This document shows positions 25,280-33,732 of a stretch of DNA of 64,000 bases, piece after piece. The stretch's first letter is position 1. Every line of letters begins with the position of its first letter. A model generated the notes under the pieces. That model saw nothing but the letters and a program-made list of their open reading frames with translations, did not search any database and was not told where the DNA came from. This stretch comes from Nitrospiria bacterium (lineage in GTDB: Bacteria; Nitrospirota; Nitrospiria; JACQCE01), in assembly GCA_035517195.1 (NCBI GenBank), contig DATIZH010000027.1, positions 67,581 to 131,580 on the forward strand, in the 5' to 3' direction. Both the position numbers and the translations under genes were made by a program.

Positions 25280-26154
25280 TGTTTCGCATCCTTCGCGCAC
25301 CGAAATCCCAATGAGCGGTGCTTGTAGGCCGGGGGCTGGGCCAGATTGCGATTGGTCGCCCGGGACCACGGCTCGGCCGGCAGCGCCCATGCGCCGCCTC
25401 GGGCGACCTTGTAATGCTCACCGTACGCTGACCGTTTGATCGTATTGCCCGGATAGGGCTCGTACCACGACGACGTCCATTCGGCCACGTTGCCGCACAT
25501 GTCATGAATGCCGTAGGGGCTGTCCCCTTGCGGGAAACTGCCGACCGGCGCCGACCATTTCAACCCGGCCTCGTAGCTGTTGCACTTGGCGGGGTCGAAC
25601 GTGTTGCCCCACGGCCACTGCCGCTGATCGGCCCCCCGCGCGGCCTTCTCCCATTCCTCTTCGGTGGGCAGCCGCTTGCCCGCCCATTCGCAATAGGCCT
25701 GCGCGTCGTACCAGCTGACGTACATCACCGGATAATTCTCCTGTCCGGCCGGCGGCGCGGGGCCCTGCCACCGATAGTAATCGGGATCCTTCGGATCCGC
25801 CGGCAGCGGCCGTCCCGACACTTGTAAGAACTTCGCGTATTCCGCGTTGGTCACTTCATTCCGATCGAGATAAAACGCCGGCAGGACCACCTCGTGCCGG
25901 GGCAGCTCGTCCACCCCGACGTGAAAGCCGATATGTGACGCCTCCGGCGCGCTCCCCATCGTGAAGGGACCAGCCGGGATCAGGACCATGCCGTCCGGAG
26001 CCGGATAGCCCGGCCGGTCGGCGGACGCCGTTCCTTCGCTCGCGGCCCACGATGCGACAATCGCCGGGCCCGCGGCCAGAATGACCGCGGTGAGCGCGGT
26101 CATCCGCCACCGCGCGTGCCATCGATTCCCGGTGCGCCGCCTTCGAAACAACAC
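25276..26154 (-). CDS. FGE/SUMF1-fold protein lacking the catalytic Cys pair (paralogue 3)
   Basis: Signatures are GPFTMGS, FYLDRNEVTN, YPVMYVSWYDAQAYCEWAGKRLPTEEEWEKAARGADQRQWPWG, SPYGIHDMCGNVAEWT and ARGGAW...LGFRCAKD. GTG 26,154 lies 11 nt after the cytochrome stop, directly behind CGGGGGAAGGC (SD-like). An alternative start is ATG 26,103. Confidence 0.8.
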   Translation of the reverse strand: MLFRRRRTGNRWHARWRMTALTAVILAAGPAIVASWAASEGTASADRPGYPAPDGMVLIPAGPFTMGSAPEASHIGFHVGVDELPRHEVVLPAFYLDRNEVTNAEYAKFLQVSGRPLPADPKDPDYYRWQGPAPPAGQENYPVMYVSWYDAQAYCEWAGKRLPTEEEWEKAARGADQRQWPWGNTFDPAKCNSYEAGLKWSAPVGSFPQGDSPYGIHDMCGNVAEWTSSWYEPYPGNTIKRSAYGEHYKVARGGAWALPAEPWSRATNRNLAQPPAYKHRSLGFRCAKDAKQ

Positions 26155-26165
26155 GCCTTCCCCCG

Positions 26166-29100
26166 CTATAATGCGCCGGAGTCTTGTGACGCCCGCTGGG
26201 CTTGACCACCGGCGCACCAGAAATCTCCGGGGCTGACGTCTTCCTGAGTGCCGTTGCTGATGGACAGCGGACGGTAAAAACAGGTCGCCATCACCACCCC
26301 GTGGCAACGGAGATTGCACCGAAACGCGTTCAGGCCATTATTCTGGAACACGCTCGAATCGCCGTCGTAATACCAGACCGGATAGGGCGCCGTCACCCCC
26401 TCGATCGATTGCTGGTACCAATCGAAACAGGCGCTGGGATCATTCACCGTGCCGTTTCCACTGAAGGACTCCTGCAAACAGGGGATGTTTCCAGAGTTGA
26501 CAGGGTATTGAACCGGTTGATGGCCGGTGTGCGTGGTGGGGCCTCCGACGGAGAAGTTGAGCAGATGGGTGTCGCTGATCCCATCCGTAATCCCGTCCTC
26601 ATCATCAGGCGGCAGGCCGGCGTTCCCGTTGCAATTGGGCATTACACAATCGGTCCCGTCCCCGTAGATGGTGTTTCTCGCCTGGGCATTGCTGTGGACG
26701 TTGTAATGGCATTCGTGGCAATAGGCGCCGGTCCGGACCAGATGATACATGTGCAGGTTCAAGTCCCACGGCGTCGTCCCCGGCTGATTCGAAGTATCCG
26801 TAATGGCGTTGGCCGTCCCGCCGCCAGCCAGCGGCTGCACAGGATTCCCGAAGAAGTTGGTCATGGAGTTGTCGGCGGCGTTGGCCCCCGTCCAGTTGGG
26901 GTCAAACGCCCTTCGGTCGTGGCACTGGAAGCAGAGCAGAAAATTATTAAAGTGATCGGGGCTGAACCCATCGTTGAAGAAACTCCGGCTGGGATTGGCG
27001 ATGTCGGTGTTGTAGCGGGCCCTGAGGAGCCGGATGTATTGCGAGCCATGCGGGCCGATCGGCTGGGCGACCCGGTCGGTTTGTCCGTTCGAGAAGTAGG
27101 GAATGCTGAAGTGCGGCGCGCGGTCCGTCGAACGGAGGCTCGACTCGGTCAGCGGGCCGGAGAAGAGCGATCCTTCCGGCGGGGAAGGCGCGTTGCCCGT
27201 CGCGCTGGGGCCGAACGCACTGGGATTGGTAAACCGGTCATAGTAATTGTTGTTATGGCAGTCGGTGCATTGGATCGTGAGGGATTGCAGGTCTGATTGG
27301 GCCGTCAACCCAAACGCTTCCTTGAGCTGGTTGAAGAGCTGCAGCGAGCCGTTGCGACCCGGCCCCACGATGGGATGGAAGGCCTTGTTGATCCCGGGAC
27401 CGAGGTAGCGTATGGTCGTCAGATCCTCAGGCGGCGTCCATCTGGGCCTGCTGATATTGCCCTCATAGCTGCCGGCGCGCGAATCCACGTCGGTCGACAC
27501 CTCATTCGACGCAGTCCCGTATCGGGAGAATTCCAGCCGCTTGTTGCTGAAGCCCTGGTAGCTCAGATTCGGATCGCTCGCCTGCGCGCCCGGCCGCGGG
27601 TTCGACCGATAGACCGTGCTGCCCGGATTGTCATCGCCATGAAACAGCGTCGGGACGGCGTTGCCGTGGCAGCGGAAACAGACCTCGTAGACATACGGTT
27701 CCCGCCCGCAGGGGCCCGGCGCGCAGCCCGTCTCCGTGGTTTCAATCCCCACCACTTTGTCATTGAAGCTGATCCCCTTCATCCCCTTGAGCCGCCCCGC
27801 CGGGTTGACCGACGGATTCGTGACTTGATGGGGATTATGACAGTCGACGCACTCGATGTGGCGGTGGGTCAGGTCATCGGGCTGGTTGATGCCCGGGCCG
27901 GCCGGATTCTCGTTGCCGATGATGGGCGGCGGGGGGTCATTGAACTCCACCCCTTCCTGAGGAAGCTTGATGAAGAAGGGCTGATGAGCCCGGAGCTGGC
28001 CGAGGTTGTCGTCTAGCTTGAGATTCATCGCGCTGCCGCAGTCGGTCTGGGCCGATGCCGCAATGGCCGCCGGCTTCGGCGGCGCGCCGGCCGGCGTCTG
28101 GTCGCAGGGCGAGTTGACACCCAGGTTATGATCCTTCGCAAACTGTGAATAGATATCGGGCGCGATCCGCTCACCGTTGGCGACAAACCCGGTGTTGGTG
28201 CCGGCCGGCAGCGCCGGCTGCAGGAATGGCGTCGGCTGGATCACGCCGGCGGTATTGCCGGGCGAGTGGCAGAGATAGCAGGTGTTTTCGATCGCATCGC
28301 CGCCACCGGGCGTATCGACCCCCTCACGGTGGATGCGGATGGCCCCCTGCGCCGTATGAGGATCGTGGCAATTCCGGCAGGAGGCCTGACCGACGTTGTG
28401 CGCGCCGTCGTAGTCATAACCCGGGTTGGCCGGATAGTTCGCCCCCGACGGATAGGTGTTGTGGAGCGCCTTGGAGACCGCATGGGTGCTGGTCGAATAC
28501 GAGTTGCCGCTTGGCAGATCCTTGTTGTGGCAGAAGAGGCAGATGAGCATCTGGCCCTGGCTGTTGGCGGACAGTCCGGTGCCCGGGCAGGGATTCGCGG
28601 CGTTCGAGCAATTCTCAATCGGCGCCCGCAGGAATTTGGGATAGGTGACCGCATGGGGATTGTGGCAGGAGACGCATTGCACCGAATCGTTGATGGCAGG
28701 GTTGTCCCCTCCGTACCGGCGCAGCGGCCCGATGCCGGCCGGATAGAGCGGCTCCTGTGACGGCCGGGGCGGAGGCGGCCCGGGGTTGTTGAATTCCGGA
28801 TCCTTCGTCGTCACCAGCGTGCTGTCAAACACGATGGAGATGGGATGGTCGTTACGCAGATTGGTGCCCAGCCGCCGCGTGTCGCCGGTCAGCTCCCCGC
28901 CGGGGCCCAACGCCATCGTCCCGCCCGGTCCGGCGCCGTTCGTGATCGGGATCTGCCCCAGGTATCCCCCCGAGCCCGGCGCGTTGAGCACCGAGCCGAT
29001 CGCGATCGTGCCGTCGTGACAGGAGAGGCAGAGCCGTGAATAGCCCGTCGGCGCGTTCGCGTTGACCTGCGCGTCGAGCGAAAAGCTCCAGGTATTGTCG

Positions 29101-29387
29101 TAGAGGGTGTAACTGGCCGTCGAAAGGTGCCGATTCCATATTGGCGCGCCGAAGCCGATTCCAGCCGTTGATGCCCCGTGCGGCGTGTGACAGAACACGC
29201 AAATCTCGCTCGTGGAGGTGGTGAAGACGTTCCGGTTGGCGGCGCTGGGAGTGGAGGAGAGATTGTGCTTGGTATTTCTCACGTCCTCCGTGATGGTCGG
29301 CAACGGAGGAGGCGGGGGGGCGGCATGAGCGCTGCTGACCCAACTTATGAGGGCAAGCGCCACGCCAACCGTCACCCGTATGACCAT
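26166..29387 (-). CDS. Large multihaem c-type cytochrome, paired-CXXCH type; 11 CXXCH sites plus one CX3CH site
   Basis: The sites are CVFCH, CLSCH, CVSCH, CLFCH, CRNCH, CYLCH, CVDCH, CFRCH, CTDCH, CFQCH and CHECH, plus CNLRCH. The N-terminal signature is TKHNLS...EICVFCHTPHG...WNR...LCLSCHDGTIA...LRNDHPIS. The signal peptide MVIRVTVGVALALISWVSSAHA starts at 29,387. The track start at 29,483 would form an ATGA overlap with the NHL gene but adds 32 non-signal residues. Confidence 0.85.
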   Translation of the reverse strand: MVIRVTVGVALALISWVSSAHAAPPPPPLPTITEDVRNTKHNLSSTPSAANRNVFTTSTSEICVFCHTPHGASTAGIGFGAPIWNRHLSTASYTLYDNTWSFSLDAQVNANAPTGYSRLCLSCHDGTIAIGSVLNAPGSGGYLGQIPITNGAGPGGTMALGPGGELTGDTRRLGTNLRNDHPISIVFDSTLVTTKDPEFNNPGPPPPRPSQEPLYPAGIGPLRRYGGDNPAINDSVQCVSCHNPHAVTYPKFLRAPIENCSNAANPCPGTGLSANSQGQMLICLFCHNKDLPSGNSYSTSTHAVSKALHNTYPSGANYPANPGYDYDGAHNVGQASCRNCHDPHTAQGAIRIHREGVDTPGGGDAIENTCYLCHSPGNTAGVIQPTPFLQPALPAGTNTGFVANGERIAPDIYSQFAKDHNLGVNSPCDQTPAGAPPKPAAIAASAQTDCGSAMNLKLDDNLGQLRAHQPFFIKLPQEGVEFNDPPPPIIGNENPAGPGINQPDDLTHRHIECVDCHNPHQVTNPSVNPAGRLKGMKGISFNDKVVGIETTETGCAPGPCGREPYVYEVCFRCHGNAVPTLFHGDDNPGSTVYRSNPRPGAQASDPNLSYQGFSNKRLEFSRYGTASNEVSTDVDSRAGSYEGNISRPRWTPPEDLTTIRYLGPGINKAFHPIVGPGRNGSLQLFNQLKEAFGLTAQSDLQSLTIQCTDCHNNNYYDRFTNPSAFGPSATGNAPSPPEGSLFSGPLTESSLRSTDRAPHFSIPYFSNGQTDRVAQPIGPHGSQYIRLLRARYNTDIANPSRSFFNDGFSPDHFNNFLLCFQCHDRRAFDPNWTGANAADNSMTNFFGNPVQPLAGGGTANAITDTSNQPGTTPWDLNLHMYHLVRTGAYCHECHYNVHSNAQARNTIYGDGTDCVMPNCNGNAGLPPDDEDGITDGISDTHLLNFSVGGPTTHTGHQPVQYPVNSGNIPCLQESFSGNGTVNDPSACFDWYQQSIEGVTAPYPVWYYDGDSSVFQNNGLNAFRCNLRCHGVVMATCFYRPLSISNGTQEDVSPGDFWCAGGQAQRASQDSGAL

Positions 29388-29479
29388 CAATGAAGACCCG
29401 CCCCGTCGAGACAGACCGTCCCGTGATTGCGTCGACGAATCATAACCAACTTGCCCTCCGCTGTCAATCAGAATCCCCG

Positions 29480-30559
29480 TCATTGCTCAGCCGATACCGA
29501 GAGGAGTTGAAAGATTTGCACCCGTTGATTGTAGGTGTCCGCCACATAAATGCGGTTGTGTTGATCGATGGCGATCCCGGTCGGCAGCCAGAAACGGCCA
29601 GCGACCGATCCCCCGCCGCCCACATGCAGGAGCAGCTGCCCTTGTTGATCGAAGATCTGGACCACGTCGTAGAGGCCGTCAACCACGTAAATGTCGCCCT
29701 CCGTGTCCACGGCCACGCCCTTCGGTTTGGAGAAGGTGCCGATGGTGGTCCCCAACCGGCCGAACATCCGGAGAAACTTCCCCTGCCGGTCGAACAATTG
29801 GATGCGAAAATTCAATGAATCGGTGACATAGATCGTTCCGTTGCGGTCGACCGCCACCTGGCTGGGGAAGTTAAATTCACCCGGACCGCCGCCGCGCTTG
29901 CCGATGGTCATCACCTTACCGCCGTCGGGTCCATACACGACGATTTTGTGGCCGCCGACGTCCGCGGCATAGAGCCGGCCGTCGGGACCAACGGCGATGC
30001 CGGCCACCCGCGTATAATCCCCCGGCTGACCGATCCGGCCGAGCAATCGTCCATTCGCGTCAAAGAGGAAGATGTCATTCAACGTCGAATCGGACACGTA
30101 GATACGGCCCCGGTCGTCGGCAGCGACACCGACCGGCGCGATCAGTCGGGCCGTGCCGATCAGGTGGAAGATCTGATGATAGTCCTTCTTGTTCAGGTCA
30201 AACACGTGCACAACCTGCTGGCCGGTGTCCGTGACGAGGATCCGGCCACGGCCGTCGGAAAACACGGCACTGGGCCGCACCAAGGGGATCGGCGCCTTGC
30301 CGATGATCCGTCTGAACAACCGGCCGAACAGGGAGGATTTTTCCCCCGCATCCGCCGAGGTGGCCAGTTGTCCCACCAATTCGATCCGGGGCGGATCGGG
30401 CGGCTTCGGCCAGACCAGCGGGGGCGACGCGGATGAAGCCGCGCCAGAGGCGCACCCGCCTAACAAGACGATCGACAGCACGATCCCCCCCGCCCTGACG
30501 GACCACGCGCCGTCGCTCATCGCGCGGATCCCATGCCGAGGGCTCCCCATCCGAATCAC
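29480..30559 (-). CDS. NHL-repeat six-bladed beta-propeller lipoprotein
   Basis: Lipobox LLGGC is present. The N-terminal motif is WPKPPDPPRIELVG. NHL-type blades recur, for example GRILVTDTGQQVVHVFD, GRIYVSDSTLNDIFLFD, GRLYAADVGGHKIVVY, GTIYVTDSLNFRIQLFD, GDIYVVDGLYDVVQIFD and NRIYVADTYNQRVQIF. The GTG start forms a GTGA overlap with the upstream stop. Confidence 0.85.
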   Translation of the reverse strand: MIRMGSPRHGIRAMSDGAWSVRAGGIVLSIVLLGGCASGAASSASPPLVWPKPPDPPRIELVGQLATSADAGEKSSLFGRLFRRIIGKAPIPLVRPSAVFSDGRGRILVTDTGQQVVHVFDLNKKDYHQIFHLIGTARLIAPVGVAADDRGRIYVSDSTLNDIFLFDANGRLLGRIGQPGDYTRVAGIAVGPDGRLYAADVGGHKIVVYGPDGGKVMTIGKRGGGPGEFNFPSQVAVDRNGTIYVTDSLNFRIQLFDRQGKFLRMFGRLGTTIGTFSKPKGVAVDTEGDIYVVDGLYDVVQIFDQQGQLLLHVGGGGSVAGRFWLPTGIAIDQHNRIYVADTYNQRVQIFQLLSVSAEQ

Positions 30560-32457
30560 AGTGAAAACTGCCTCGTCAGCCGGAAATAGAGATTGTGAGA
30601 CACGGTCGAGCTCAGTTCGTTGAAGTAGTTAAATTCATACTGGAGGTTGAACATGACCAGTCCGATCTGGTACGTCCCGTTCACATTGGCGGTCGCAATG
30701 GTCATGTCGGGCCGGCCAGGATCCGTCATCAGGCGATCCTCATACCGGCCGTCGACAGTAATCTGCAGATCCGGCAGCATCGGCGGCACGGTCCAGTTCA
30801 CGCTGGTAAAGAAGGAGTTGTAATCATCGCCCTGGGCCGTGGTGATATGCGACGAGAGGCCCCCGCCGACCCCCCACCCCCGCCATCCATAGAGGAGATC
30901 CGCGCCCACGTCAATCGTTTGGATATTATCGACGCCTCCTGAAATCGCCGTGTCCCCCGCGCCCGCGTGCACCGTGAGCGTATCCCCGCGTAACAGCAGT
31001 TCACGGAAATAAGAGCTCGTCGCATCCGTCCGGATCATGTTGGTGAATTCAGTCGTCCCATCGCCGCTGAGTTGGTCGTTATAGTAGCCGCTATAGGTGC
31101 CCGTGACCGTGATGTATTGCGTCTTGGTGTTGGTCGCTTGCATCATCCAGAAGGTGTTGACATTGCTCTGGTTGGAGCCCGACGCGATGGTGTTGTTCAT
31201 CGCGACCCCCCCGCTCACGTTGATCCGGACCAGCTCATAGAGTTGAAAATAGGTGACGGACGACGCGAAATTATGATAGAGCGAGGTGGATTTCGTGTGC
31301 GGTCCCGACGTCGTGGCATCGGTGGTGGTGTTGGTCAGACCCGCCGTATCGCTGAAGGCGGCGTTCAGGTTCAGGGTCGGGCGGTAGAGGACGAGGACGC
31401 TGCCGTACCCCGAGGCGACCTGGGAGTAGTCAAGATCGAGGTACGAACCGCGACCCGACACCGTGATGTCGAACTGCGGCGTCGGGCGATAGAAGACGTC
31501 GAACCCGCCGATATGCCGGTCATTCGTATCCCTGGTAAAGTCGTACGTGAAGTTGCTGTTCAGCTTCAACGACGGGCGGTAGAACACGGTAAACCCCGCC
31601 GTCGACACATTGGCCACGATGCCCGGGACGACCGGCGTCTGACTGGAGAGGCCGGTGGTGTAGGAGGCGCGCACATTGCTGCTGATTTCGGGCGTCCACT
31701 GGCTGTCCGCCGTCATCCGCCCCCCCACGCTCATGTCGGTCCCCGAATTGTTAAATTGCTGCACGCCCGACATCGAAAGGTTCCAGGTCAGGACGGTGTT
31801 CTTAATGATGTATCGGTAGGGATATTGGTCCGTGGCGGTCAGGCTGCCGCCGAATGTCCGTGACGTGTTGTCGCACGAGGGCGGGGACAAGGGGGTGCAG
31901 CTGTTGGTTTCCACGGTCGAATAATAGACGTTCAGGTGAAGCTGCGGCAGTTTCCAGACGCGTGGCAGGTCCCACACGAGATTGTAGATCGACACGGTGA
32001 CCTTGCCGCTGGGCACCGGCGCGGATAAGGTATTGGATTCCATCTCCTGGGTCGTCCGTTGCGCGCTCAGGGCCAACGGCATCACTCGAGGGAAGAAGGT
32101 CAGCGATCCGAAGTAGTTGTAGACCTGGGTGTTCGACTCCAGGTCACCATAGCGATCGTCGTTGCTGAACGTGAAATTCAGTTGGTAGAAGCCCAGCGCT
32201 TCACGGAAGATCGCCCCATTGGAGCCCACCGTCACGAGCTCACGCAAATCGTTGTACTGGGAGTCCGTGCCGCCGGTGGTGCTGACCTCGATTAGCCGAT
32301 ACTCCAGCGTCGCCTCGCCGGTCAGATCGATCAGTCTGGCTTCGGCGCGGGACGCCGGCCAGAGCAGCCCCATGAGCCCCATGACAACGACCCACCCCCA
32401 GGGGCCGTTTCCGTTCCCTCGCACTGTTGGACCCCGTCTCTGTCCCGTCGCCCGCAT
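30556..32457 (-). CDS. Predicted large outer-membrane beta-barrel protein (633 aa)
   Basis: The signal peptide reads ...WVVVMGLMGLLWPASRAEA. Composition is Tyr/Thr/Ser/Asn/Gly-rich throughout, with alternating hydrophobic patterns. The aromatic-rich C-terminus reads NLYFRLTRQFSL. I did not recognise a named family. Confidence 0.55.
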   Translation of the reverse strand: MRATGQRRGPTVRGNGNGPWGWVVVMGLMGLLWPASRAEARLIDLTGEATLEYRLIEVSTTGGTDSQYNDLRELVTVGSNGAIFREALGFYQLNFTFSNDDRYGDLESNTQVYNYFGSLTFFPRVMPLALSAQRTTQEMESNTLSAPVPSGKVTVSIYNLVWDLPRVWKLPQLHLNVYYSTVETNSCTPLSPPSCDNTSRTFGGSLTATDQYPYRYIIKNTVLTWNLSMSGVQQFNNSGTDMSVGGRMTADSQWTPEISSNVRASYTTGLSSQTPVVPGIVANVSTAGFTVFYRPSLKLNSNFTYDFTRDTNDRHIGGFDVFYRPTPQFDITVSGRGSYLDLDYSQVASGYGSVLVLYRPTLNLNAAFSDTAGLTNTTTDATTSGPHTKSTSLYHNFASSVTYFQLYELVRINVSGGVAMNNTIASGSNQSNVNTFWMMQATNTKTQYITVTGTYSGYYNDQLSGDGTTEFTNMIRTDATSSYFRELLLRGDTLTVHAGAGDTAISGGVDNIQTIDVGADLLYGWRGWGVGGGLSSHITTAQGDDYNSFFTSVNWTVPPMLPDLQITVDGRYEDRLMTDPGRPDMTIATANVNGTYQIGLVMFNLQYEFNYFNELSSTVSHNLYFRLTRQFSL

Positions 32458-32543
32458 GGGATGGTCATCAGACGATCGCGCCCTCTCATGCCTCCGTCAC
32501 TCCCCGATGAGAGGTCGATTACCACTTGTTCAACAGACAGCCC

Positions 32544-33638
32544 TTACGGCGTCGCGGACGAGGGGGACACCATGGTGATCCTGGCCCGCGACCGAAGCGT
32601 CGTGATCCACTCCCGGTACCGCTCACGGCGCCGGGCCTCCAACAACTCCTGGCGGAACAGCGCCTTGTTCAATTCGTCATAGGTTTGTTGCCTGGCAGGC
32701 CGCGTCTCTTCGACCTTGGCGATGTAGTAGCCGTACAGCGTCCGGACCGGCTCGGTGATCTGCCCCGGATGGAGGTGCTCCACTGCGTGTTCCACATCGG
32801 ACAATCCTAATTGTCCGTGGTGAACCATTCCCGTGTCGCCGCCCTTATTCTTGGTATCGGCATCGCCGGAGTATTGCCGCGCCAGCGCGGCGAAGTCTTC
32901 CCCCCCGAGCGCCCGGCTCCGGTACGCCTCGGCCCGCTGTTTCGCCTGTTCCCACTCGTCGGGTGTCGCCGACGGATCGACCGACACCAACAGAAGGCGG
33001 AGGCGGTATTGCAGGGGAATTTTGAATTTGTCCAGGTGCTCGCGATAGTAGGCGGCCAGATCGTCATCCGTCACCGTCACCTTCTCGTTGACCTCGCGGT
33101 CGATCACCTGCTGGATCAACACGGCCCGCTCCATCCGCCGCCGGAACTGCTGCTCCGTCAACTGTCGCTGTGCCAGCGCGTTCCGGTAGTCCTCCTCCGT
33201 CGAAAACCGGCTCCGCTGCTTCGCCAGCTCGGCCTCAACCTGTTTCTGATCCGCGGCCATCTGCAACCGCGCCGCCTCTTGCAGGATTAATTCATCGGTG
33301 ACCATCTGGTCCAGCAACTCAAACGCGCGCTGTCGCAGCCGGCCGGGCGAAATCGTCCCGTGGCCGGTGACATTCGGAATCTGCTCCCGTACCATCCGAT
33401 CCAGTTGTCCGAAGGTGATCTTGACCCCGTTGACGTCGGCCATCGTCGTATCCGCCGTCACGGTCTCCGGCGTCACACTATGGGGATGACCGGGGGATTG
33501 ACCGGGACCCGAAGGGGCTTGAGCGGGTGGCTCAGATGGCGGGGGGTCGACTGCGGAGGCGGGTCTCGCCCCCGCCACCACTCCGTCGATTAGAAGCAGC
33601 ACTGCCAGGATCACGCGGAGTTCGTGTCGTCCCGTCAT
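32544..33638 (-). CDS. SurA/PpiC-type (parvulin) peptidyl-prolyl isomerase, periplasmic chaperone-like
   Basis: A signal peptide is present. A SurA_N-like helical region reads VNGVKITFGQLDRMV... The C-terminal rotamase domain reads FAALARQYSGDADTKNKGGDTGMVHHGQL...HLHPGQITEPVRTLYGYYIAKV. Confidence 0.75.
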   Translation of the reverse strand: MTGRHELRVILAVLLLIDGVVAGARPASAVDPPPSEPPAQAPSGPGQSPGHPHSVTPETVTADTTMADVNGVKITFGQLDRMVREQIPNVTGHGTISPGRLRQRAFELLDQMVTDELILQEAARLQMAADQKQVEAELAKQRSRFSTEEDYRNALAQRQLTEQQFRRRMERAVLIQQVIDREVNEKVTVTDDDLAAYYREHLDKFKIPLQYRLRLLLVSVDPSATPDEWEQAKQRAEAYRSRALGGEDFAALARQYSGDADTKNKGGDTGMVHHGQLGLSDVEHAVEHLHPGQITEPVRTLYGYYIAKVEETRPARQQTYDELNKALFRQELLEARRRERYREWITTLRSRARITMVSPSSATP

Positions 33639-33732
33639 GCTTCAGTCCCACGACGACTGAGTGGCGGGGCCGGATGACCTCATCGCAACACAGGGATCTG
33701 TCCGATCATCCGGAAAATGCGTGGCTGTGATG

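Noticed and set aside
30556-32457. Naming the 633-aa barrel an MtrB/PioB or OmbB homologue.
   Set aside because: I could not recognise family-specific motifs by eye. Only its generic beta-barrel character and its operon context with cytochromes are supported, so I left it as a predicted outer-membrane barrel.
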